Both the position numbers and the translations under genes were made by a program. From Desulfobacterales bacterium (lineage in GTDB: Bacteria; Desulfobacterota; Desulfobacteria; Desulfobacterales; UBA5616), in NCBI GenBank assembly GCA_046483495.1, contig JAWODC010000030.1, positions 1 to 23,911 on the forward strand: 23,911 nt of DNA, read 5' to 3'. Below, piece by piece: positions 17,701 through 23,911 of the stretch (positions are counted from its first letter, which is position 1; every line of letters begins with the position of its first letter). A model generated the notes under the pieces. That model did no database searches. It was not told the DNA's origin and saw nothing but the letters and a program-made list of their open reading frames with translations.

Positions 17701-18003
17701 GGCGGAACCACTCATGAAGGAATCCACCTCGGCGCAATGGCCGGAACGGTGGATCTCATCCTTAGGTGCTATTCCGGAATTGAAAGCCGGGGAAATACCT
17801 TATGGTTCAATCCAAGTCTTCCTTCCGAACTCAAGTCCCTTGATTTCAAACTTAAATATCACAAAAGCTGGATCGATGTAAACATTACCGGAAGCAGAAT
17901 AACGCTTCACAGCTTACAGAGAGGCATGCCGGTAAAGATCGGCTTTAAAGACGAAATCTTTTTACTGGATCCGGGCAAAGAGATGACGTTTGTTCTAATA
18001 TAA
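14797..18003 (+). CDS. otsB: Trehalose-6-phosphate phosphatase fused to glycoside hydrolase family 65 (OtsB1-like)
   Basis: HAD motifs FLDYDGTL, TGR, NKGKA and GDDTTDED. GH65 motifs TLGNGY, GLHGEAYRG..WDE, FPWQS, GPDEYH, DNNAYTN and KQAD. GTG 14797 follows GGAG; the ATG at 14737 lies inside the upstream hairpin. Confidence 0.9.
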   Translation: MNNTGHSDRLPSAIKNKGRIIKRLREGRPAIFLDYDGTLTPIVEDPSKAALADQNRKIIQKLSEHWTVVIMTGRALNDIKQLIGLENLVYAGSHGFNMVGPENCFHEEPGKRFLPELGKAEKQLRDSLTDLKGIRIERKPYAIAVHYRRADENIIPELERRVDEVSGRFAGIAKTTGRKIVELRPNADWNKGKALLYLLKRLHIDDSRTVPLYIGDDTTDEDAFEAIEQRGIGILVTDRDRMTAASHVLQNPEEVTVFLEELVKLSEKVSSFNVWSLTYEGFEPEEEKLREALCTLGNGYFAARGASPESVAGKVHYPGTYIAGIYNRLKSNIAGQTIENESMVNVPNWLALSFRIQNGDWFDLSNVDIIDYRQELDMRQAVLTRTVRFKDKQRRLTFLRQRRFVHMSLRHIAGLETTILPENWSGTIHIRSAIDGRMKNTLVQRYRDLNNHHFDRPETGVTDDRLIWLTAKTNQSHISIAETARTRIFKGNKPLNIEGSIHEEEGYIGMDFEVPLEKEQAIRIEKIVSIYHSKEYAISVNLLESRDALRHVGNFDELIDRHFLAWKHLWERWHIRVKTESNRIEQVLNLHIFHLLQTISPNTVGLDAGVPPRGLHGEAYRGLIMWDELFIFPLLNFRMPDITRALLMYRYNRLPRAYQEAEKAGYSGSMFPWQSGSNGEEQAQTLHLNPISGRWIPDNSQLERHINIAVAYNIRQYYQVTRDDEFMSFYGSEVMVGIARFWASKATYNVSMDRYEICNVMGPDEYHDRYPESSDKGIDNNAYTNVMAAWIFWRTLEMLDMLPDMRRKFIIEDMAITEEEIQEWDRLSRKLRVAFHDDGIISQFEGYEHLKEFDWKSYREKYGNIQRLDRILESENDSPNNYKVSKQADVLMLFYLLSSEELKELFNRLGYFFEFDTIPKNIDYYLNRTSNGSTLSRVVHAWVLSRSKRDMSWRLFQDALESDIEDIQGGTTHEGIHLGAMAGTVDLILRCYSGIESRGNTLWFNPSLPSELKSLDFKLKYHKSWIDVNITGSRITLHSLQRGMPVKIGFKDEIFLLDPGKEMTFVLI

Positions 18004-18013
18004 ATGCATATGC

Positions 18014-18218
18014 ATAATCCCTGATTTTTGTAATATTCGGGGGCTGATTTTGAAGATCTTCAACGCCTTTCTACCTCATCACAAGCAACGAATTTAATTT
18101 GATATTTTCTTCCAATAACGTCACACCTGTGTTTTTTCATGATGAGCATCAATCGATTGCTGTAATACAGGCTCAAACCTATTTACCCATTAAACCATCT
18201 TTTTTAAAGTAATAGAAA
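18014..18218 (+). repeat. ~200-bp non-coding direct repeat, copy 2 (upstream of the DLH-like gene)
   Basis: Aligns with 12901-13103; starts 10 nt after the otsB-GH65 stop codon. Confidence 0.95.
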
Positions 18219-18275
18219 TTTGCGGTATAAACGGAAAAACTGCCGGTTATCCGAAAGATGAAGGAGGAATTGCAG

Positions 18276-18932
18276 ATGGAAGAATCGGAACGAGTTGTCC
18301 GGATACCCGCCGAATCCCAACATTTGGAGGGAAACCTCTCAATTCCAAAAGGCGCTAAGGGAATTGTGGTATTCGCCCATGGCAGCGGCAGCAGCCGACA
18401 CAGTCCCAGGAACCAGTCGGTTGCGATAGAACTGCAAAACGGCGGGTTGGCTACCCTTTTGATGGATTTGCTTACCGAAAAAGAGGAGGCCGAGGACATG
18501 CGGACGGGGTGGTTTCGATTCAATATCGATCTGCTTGCTCAACGCGTGGTGGAAGCGGTCGATTGGATTCTGGAACGGGAAGACACCCGCCTGTTTAACA
18601 TCGGCGCCTTCGGTTCCAGTACAGGCGCAGCGGCCGCTCTAATGGCTGCGGGAAAACGTCCGGAGAAGATTCAGGCGGTGGTTTCCCGGGGCGGCAGACC
18701 CGATCTTGCAGGAGAAGTTCTACCGATGATCGCCTCCCCGACCTTGCTGATCGTGGGAGAAAAAGATGAATCCGTCATCCGGATGAATGAAGAAGCCGCG
18801 GCTCGAATGAAGACGGAAACAAAAATCGAGATCATTCCGGACGCCACCCACCTGTTCCCGGAACCCGGGGCGCTTGAAAAAGTTTCTCAACTGGCCCGGC
18901 AGTGGTTTGAGCGTTTCCTTGCCCGACCTTAG
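18276..18932 (+). CDS. Dienelactone hydrolase-like alpha/beta hydrolase
   Basis: FAHGSGSSRHSPRN, nucleophile elbow FGSSTG, SRGGRPDLA, IVGEKD and ATHLFPEPG. ATG 18276 follows AGGAGG. Confidence 0.9.
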   Translation: MEESERVVRIPAESQHLEGNLSIPKGAKGIVVFAHGSGSSRHSPRNQSVAIELQNGGLATLLMDLLTEKEEAEDMRTGWFRFNIDLLAQRVVEAVDWILEREDTRLFNIGAFGSSTGAAAALMAAGKRPEKIQAVVSRGGRPDLAGEVLPMIASPTLLIVGEKDESVIRMNEEAAARMKTETKIEIIPDATHLFPEPGALEKVSQLARQWFERFLARP

Positions 18933-19065
18933 GGATCAAGCCCACGGGTAGTATGAGTCGGCTCCTTATAATTCTGTTGATGTACCTTATCGGTTCGGTC
19001 CCTCTACAGTAGCCATAACGTGTACTTAGCACAAAGCATCCGGACGATGGAAACATACCATGTCA

Positions 19066-20520
19066 TTAATCGTCATTAACCCCTTTTGCGATGCGGTCCC
19101 CGGTTTCTTTGTCGATGTTGCGCCAATATGCAAAGGCACGCTCCAGAACTGGAGCGGACACACCCTTTTTCAGATGTCCGACTGCATTTGAGACCAGACG
19201 GTCGCGCTGGGCGTCATCCATAACGTCCCGCACCAGGGTACCCGGCTGCCCGAAGTCGTCATCATCTTTTCGTTTGGTATAGGCTGCACGTATGAATTCG
19301 CCGTTGGCTTCCCAGACGGCCCGTTCAGGATAGTGTCGGGGGTCAGCCTTGGGGCCGCCCTTGGAATTCGGTGCGTACACCGGATCAGAGACGTTCTCCA
19401 CACGCATCGCACCCCCCTTGCCATAGCTGTGAACCGGACTCTTAGGCCGGTTAACGGGAATCTGCTTGTAGTTGACACCCAGGCGTGCACGGTGCGCGTC
19501 AGCGTAGGAAATAAGGCGGGCCTGCAGCATCTTGTCCGGACTGGGCCCTATGCCCGGAACGAGATTGTTAGGCTCGAAGGCCGCCTGCTCGATTTCGGTG
19601 TGAAAATCTGCTGGATTACGGGTGAGCGTCAGGCGCCCCACCTCTTGGACCGGATAATCTTTATGGGGCCAAACCTTGGTCAAATCGAATGGATTGAACC
19701 GATAGGTTTTTGCTTCCTCAAAGGGCATGATCTGCACCTTCAGGGTCCATGAAGGGTAATCCCCGCGTTTGATCGCCTCGAAGAGATCCCGGCGGTGGTA
19801 GTCGGCATCCTCCCCGGCAATCCGGTCGGCTTCCGCCTGCGTGAGGAAATCGATGCCCTGGTCGGTTTTAAAGTGGTATTTGACCCAAAAACGTTCACCG
19901 TCTTTATTAACCCACATGTAAGTGTGGCTCGTGTAGCCGTTCATGTGGCGATAACTTCTGGGAACGCCGCGATCACTCATAAGAATGGTGACCTGATGGG
20001 CCGATTCGGGAGACAGGGTCCAGAAATCCCACTGCATGTCGTTGTCACGCAGTCCGCTGTCTGCCCGGCGTTTCTGCGAATGGATGAAGTCTTGAAATTT
20101 CATGGGATCACGCACAAAAAATACCGGGGTGTTGTTGCCTACCATGTCATAGTTACCTTCAGTGGTGTAGAACTTAAGTGCAAAACCGCGCACATCCCGC
20201 CACGTGTCGGGACTGCCGCTCTCGCCGGCCACGGTGGAGAAACGGGCAAGCACTTGGGTCTTCGTGCCCGGTTGAAATACGGCCGCTTTTGTGCAGGCCT
20301 CGATATCCTGGGTTACCTCGAAGTGACCGAAGGCTCCCGAGCCCTTTGCATGGGGCTGGCGGTCCGGAATCATTTCCCGGTTGAAGTTGGCCATCAACTC
20401 GACGAGATAATGATCATGAAGCAGTATGGGGCCGTCTGGACCGACCGTCAGGGAATACTCGTCGCTGGATACGGGAATTCCGGCATCTGTTGTGGTTGGT
20501 TTGGGAATTTTTTCCGTCAT
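19066..20520 (-). CDS. katA: Monofunctional heme catalase (small subunit)
   Basis: [10 protein letters not shown] (distal His), [16 protein letters not shown] and [10 protein letters not shown] (proximal Tyr). Start 20520 fits the AAAGGA RBS. Confidence 0.95.
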   Translation of the reverse strand: MTEKIPKPTTTDAGIPVSSDEYSLTVGPDGPILLHDHYLVELMANFNREMIPDRQPHAKGSGAFGHFEVTQDIEACTKAAVFQPGTKTQVLARFSTVAGESGSPDTWRDVRGFALKFYTTEGNYDMVGNNTPVFFVRDPMKFQDFIHSQKRRADSGLRDNDMQWDFWTLSPESAHQVTILMSDRGVPRSYRHMNGYTSHTYMWVNKDGERFWVKYHFKTDQGIDFLTQAEADRIAGEDADYHRRDLFEAIKRGDYPSWTLKVQIMPFEEAKTYRFNPFDLTKVWPHKDYPVQEVGRLTLTRNPADFHTEIEQAAFEPNNLVPGIGPSPDKMLQARLISYADAHRARLGVNYKQIPVNRPKSPVHSYGKGGAMRVENVSDPVYAPNSKGGPKADPRHYPERAVWEANGEFIRAAYTKRKDDDDFGQPGTLVRDVMDDAQRDRLVSNAVGHLKKGVSAPVLERAFAYWRNIDKETGDRIAKGVNDD

Positions 20521-20745
20521 GAGCATTCCTTTCTATTTTAGATTTTCGTCAAAAACGTTCAAATTAGAAAACTAAAGAAGCGGTTTTGAGATAAATTCCC
20601 CCGATCCATGGATCATTGATTTTTTAGACATTTAGCATCGTTGTTTTGTTGATTTTTTGGAATAGGGTAAATCCTGTATTTCAATTGGCATAACTATATT
20701 GAGTCGAAACTGAAAAAATGATCAAGGATTTGAACCCCCGGCGAA

Positions 20746-22119
20746 TCATGCGGGGTTGGCCGGTCCGATCCAGACTTGCTGGGCATTGACGAATTCGCGA
20801 ATGCCGTGAGGACCGAGTTCGCGGCCGTACCCCGACTTCTTGATCCCGCCGCTGGGCAGACGGGGGTCGGTTTTGACGATTCCGTTAACCGCCACTTGTC
20901 CTGCCTGAAATTTTCGGGCTAAGGCCTCACCGCGCGAGGGATGGGTCCATATGCCGGCCGCAAGCCCGTAAGGTGTATCGTTGGCCAGCTCCATAGCGTG
21001 TTGTTCATTCTCCGCTCGAATGACGACCGCCACCGGGCCGAAAGTTTCCTCACGAAAGGCGGTCATCCCGGGCGTCACGTCTGTGAGCAGGGTTGCGGGA
21101 TAAAAAAATCCCCGCCCTTCGGGCAGCTCGCCGCCCAACAGGCATTTCGCCCCGGCCGCGATGGTTTCCTGCACCTGGCGATGCAGGTCGTGGCGCAAAT
21201 CTTCCCTCGCGATCGGGCCGATATCCGTACTCTCGAGGCGCGGGTCGCCCACTTTCAGCGCGGCAAGCCTCTCTTTCAGGAGGGAAACGAGACGGTCATG
21301 AACAGGCGCTTCCACAATGATCCGTTTTACTGCAATGCAGGATTGTCCCGTGTTGATGATGCGGGAAAGGGTGATGACCTCCGCCGCCTTTTCGAGATCT
21401 GCATCGGCAAGCACAACGCTGGGATCCGATCCGCCGAGCTCTAAAACCGCGGGTTTTACTTCCGAAGCGGCAACGGCGGCAACAGCGCTTCCGGCCTTAC
21501 TGGATCCGGTAAATGAAACCGCCTGAATCCTCGGGTCACGAATGACGGATTCGATACGGGATGATGTCATCAGCAGATTCTGGAAAAGACCCGACGGAGC
21601 GTCCACGTCATGAAACACTCCGGCAATGGCGGAGGAGCATGCCGGGACGTGCGAATCGTGTTTGATAATGCAGGTGTTGCCCGCCATCAGTGCAGGCGCA
21701 CAGAAACGAAAAGCGAGCCAAAAGGGGGCGTTCCACGGAAGTATTCCCAGGAGCGGACCCAGGGGAAGGTATTGGACATAACTGCGGGCGGCATCCGATG
21801 GGATAACTTCGACGGAAAGATACGATTCGGCGTGTTCTGCGTAATGTTCGGCGCACCAGGCCGACTTTAACACCTCGCCTCGGGCTTCTTTAATGGGTTT
21901 GCCCATTTCTTCCGTCATAGGCAAGGCAAGCGCTTCGACATTGTCGCGCATGTGTCGAGCGACTTTTTTCAAAAGGGACGATCGTTCGGCAAATGATGTT
22001 TCTCGCCACTCTGCAAACGTATCTTCAGCGCTCTTCAGGGCGCGTTCTACCGATAGAGAACTTTCTGTAGAATATTCATGAAGGGGTGTGCCCCGGCTGG
22101 GGTCGATAACTTTCAACAT
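20746..22119 (-). CDS. NAD(P)-dependent aldehyde dehydrogenase (succinate-semialdehyde-dehydrogenase-like; probable DoeC-type role)
   Basis: PWNAP, FTGS, LELGGSD, GQSCIA (catalytic Cys), EETFGP and GYGRELG. Confidence 0.9.
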   Translation of the reverse strand: MLKVIDPSRGTPLHEYSTESSLSVERALKSAEDTFAEWRETSFAERSSLLKKVARHMRDNVEALALPMTEEMGKPIKEARGEVLKSAWCAEHYAEHAESYLSVEVIPSDAARSYVQYLPLGPLLGILPWNAPFWLAFRFCAPALMAGNTCIIKHDSHVPACSSAIAGVFHDVDAPSGLFQNLLMTSSRIESVIRDPRIQAVSFTGSSKAGSAVAAVAASEVKPAVLELGGSDPSVVLADADLEKAAEVITLSRIINTGQSCIAVKRIIVEAPVHDRLVSLLKERLAALKVGDPRLESTDIGPIAREDLRHDLHRQVQETIAAGAKCLLGGELPEGRGFFYPATLLTDVTPGMTAFREETFGPVAVVIRAENEQHAMELANDTPYGLAAGIWTHPSRGEALARKFQAGQVAVNGIVKTDPRLPSGGIKKSGYGRELGPHGIREFVNAQQVWIGPANPA

Positions 22120-22138
22120 GCTTCACCTTTCTGCCGGC

Positions 22139-23395
22139 TTACCCGGTTTTTTCAAATTCGTTTTCATTGGGTGTATCTTCAGTAACATGTTCGAATTTTT
22201 CCGGCTGCATCGATTTCGGTGTGCTTTCGTGCTCGGGTTTGCAGACAAAATCCTCTTCCAGTGAAAAGAAGGATTCGCACCCGTCGTCGGTAATGTGGAT
22301 GGTATCCGATATGCCCACTGTTTTATCGCCGTCGACGCCCCACATCCAGGGAATAAGATGAATGGTCATGCCCTGCTCCAGTATGGACGAATCCGCCTGT
22401 TTGAGGCTGAGAATGTAACCTTCATCCCAGCTTGGGGGAAAGGCGATGCCGATGGAATATCCCGACCGGGTAATCAAGGTGGCGCCGACGTCGTTTTCCA
22501 TGATGATTTTCCGGACATGGTTATCGGCATCGGATACGGTCAGACCCGGTCGTATCAATTTCTTTACTTCACTGAGTGCGATTTTCATTCTGTCCTGCGC
22601 CTTCTGCATGGATTCGGTAAGCTCGCCCAAGACTACCGTGCGCATCATAGCCGTGTGGTAGCGCCGAAAGCATCCGCCGACTTCGAGAAATACATGCTCG
22701 CCGGGCTGGACCGTACGCCCTTCCCAGGTGGCATGGCCGATCATGCTCCTGGGACCCGACATGACGTACGGCATCACCGCAGGCGGTTCCCCGCCGGCGC
22801 AAAACATGGCATGGCTGATTGCCGCCCCGATTTCGTTTTCCGTAACGCCGGCCCGGCAGGCCTCGAAACCTGCTTTCATGCCGGCTTCCGCGGCTTTTGC
22901 CGCTTTTCGCATGATTTCAATTTCCATCGGCGATTTCCGAATCCTGCCCTGCTCGACGATGCCGAAGCAATCCATCAGGTGTCCGTGAATGAAATTGGTG
23001 TGAATCGAATCCTGGTGATAGGCTGGAAAGAAGTAGCTGTTCCGCTCATATCCCACATATTTTTGGGCCATACCAAACTCGCGCAGGCTTTCCACCAACA
23101 TCTGAATGGCGTCGCCGGTGTCGGGGTAGGGCCGGGTGTTTTCAACCCAGGTCCGCTCTTGGACATTGGATTCCTCCAGGCGCCGTGTAATCATGAACGG
23201 CTCGGTGTCGATGGGAATCACCAATGCCTGAAAGAAGGAATAGCCCGTGGTCTGATAATCCGTAAGATACATGAGATTTTCCGGATCCGTAATCACCACG
23301 GCGTCCAGACGGCGATATTCCATCCGTTTACGAAGTTCAATCAGACGGCGTTCATACTCTTCAAAGGGGAAGGTCATATCGTCGCGTTTTCTCAT
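22139..23395 (-). CDS. doeA: M24/creatinase-fold hydrolase, ectoine hydrolase (DoeA/EutD)-like
   Basis: FEEYERRL, DPENLMYLT, FLEVGGCFRRYH and RSGYSIGIAFPPSWDE resemble EutD motifs rather than the metal-ligand pattern of Xaa-Pro peptidases. It lies between a DABA transaminase and an ALDH. Start 23395 fits the AGGAGG spacing. Confidence 0.72.
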   Translation of the reverse strand: MRKRDDMTFPFEEYERRLIELRKRMEYRRLDAVVITDPENLMYLTDYQTTGYSFFQALVIPIDTEPFMITRRLEESNVQERTWVENTRPYPDTGDAIQMLVESLREFGMAQKYVGYERNSYFFPAYHQDSIHTNFIHGHLMDCFGIVEQGRIRKSPMEIEIMRKAAKAAEAGMKAGFEACRAGVTENEIGAAISHAMFCAGGEPPAVMPYVMSGPRSMIGHATWEGRTVQPGEHVFLEVGGCFRRYHTAMMRTVVLGELTESMQKAQDRMKIALSEVKKLIRPGLTVSDADNHVRKIIMENDVGATLITRSGYSIGIAFPPSWDEGYILSLKQADSSILEQGMTIHLIPWMWGVDGDKTVGISDTIHITDDGCESFFSLEEDFVCKPEHESTPKSMQPEKFEHVTEDTPNENEFEKTG

Positions 23396-23406
23396 TTTCA
23401 TTCCTC

Positions 23407-23911
23407 CTATACGTATGTCCGCGCGGCTTCGGCAAATATATCGAGGCCCTCCGCCAGATCTTCATCGGGAATGGTCAACGGCGGTATACATTTCAAGACG
23501 CGTCCCCCCGTTCCGCAGGCACCGATCAGCAGGCCCCGCTCAAAGCACCTGTCAACGATGTCGGAAGCCGCATTCCCATCCGCCACATCAAACCCCCGCA
23601 GCATGCCTTTGCCCCTCACGCTGATTTCGGACACCGAATCCGTCGAAAGAAGGGATTCGAGACGATCCCGCATGAAGCGGCCTTTTCGCTGAACGTCTTT
23701 CATAAAACCGTCATCTTCGAAATAGCTCAAGGCTTCGCCGCCGGCGACAAATGACAATCCCTGCCCTCGGAATGTGCCGGTATGTTCACCGGGCTGCCAA
23801 TGCCGGTCATATTCAGGCTTGATCAGATTCATGGCGAGCGGTGTTCCATATCCCCCGAGACCCTTGGCCAGGCAGATGATATCCGGCTCGAGCCCCATGC
23901 CGTCGAAGCTG
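23407..23911 (-). CDS. ectB: Class III PLP aminotransferase, diaminobutyrate-2-oxoglutarate transaminase-like (3' part; runs off the window)
   Basis: SFDGMGLEPDIICLAKGLGGYG (PLP Lys), WQPGEHTGTFRG, RGKGM and VLKCIPPL. The frame is open to the window edge. Confidence 0.8.
   Translation of the reverse strand, partial: SFDGMGLEPDIICLAKGLGGYGTPLAMNLIKPEYDRHWQPGEHTGTFRGQGLSFVAGGEALSYFEDDGFMKDVQRKGRFMRDRLESLLSTDSVSEISVRGKGMLRGFDVADGNAASDIVDRCFERGLLIGACGTGGRVLKCIPPLTIPDEDLAEGLDIFAEAARTYV

Noticed and set aside
19795..20541. 248-aa plus-strand ORF (also 19333-19752)
   Set aside because: Antisense to catalase; a typical shadow ORF of a GC3-rich gene.
22295..23692. 465-aa plus-strand ORF
   Set aside because: Antisense shadow of the doeA-like and ectB-like genes; no recognisable motifs.

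Overview
Bacterial chromosomal window with about 22 intact genes, one chimeric ORF and three unannotated gene remnants. The host is diderm (outer-membrane barrel, lipoproteins). Gene content suggests a Desulfobacterota/deltaproteobacterium-like organism, but that is inference only. Left to right: (1) an arsenic module with a chimeric, N-terminally replaced arsR, arsM and a C-GCAxxG-C-C protein; (2) a beta-barrel outer-membrane protein and a beta-helix surface lipoprotein; (3) an EamA transporter; (4) a minus-strand envelope cluster of a DUF1328 remnant, small lipoprotein, PA2779-family protein with a GG-transmembrane tail, C39-like cysteine peptidase lipoprotein and TPR lipoprotein; (5) a PhoD-family phosphatase, a methyltransferase remnant and an acyltransferase-3; (6) an orphan NarL-type regulator divergent from a stress/dormancy-type cluster (Hsp20, triple-BON protein, CBS pseudogene, dodecin, OtsB-GH65 fusion, dienelactone-hydrolase-like protein), where a ~200-bp non-coding element occurs twice (12901-13103 and 18014-18218); (7) a catalase; (8) the 3' part of an ectoine-catabolism-like operon (EctB-type transaminase, DoeA/EutD-like hydrolase, aldehyde dehydrogenase). 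No rRNA, tRNA, CRISPR array or transposase was seen. The best candidates for undescribed biology are the duplicated regulatory element with its DosR-regulon-like gene set and the putative GG-anchor/C39 peptidase processing system. All family assignments come from motif recognition by eye; no searches were run.
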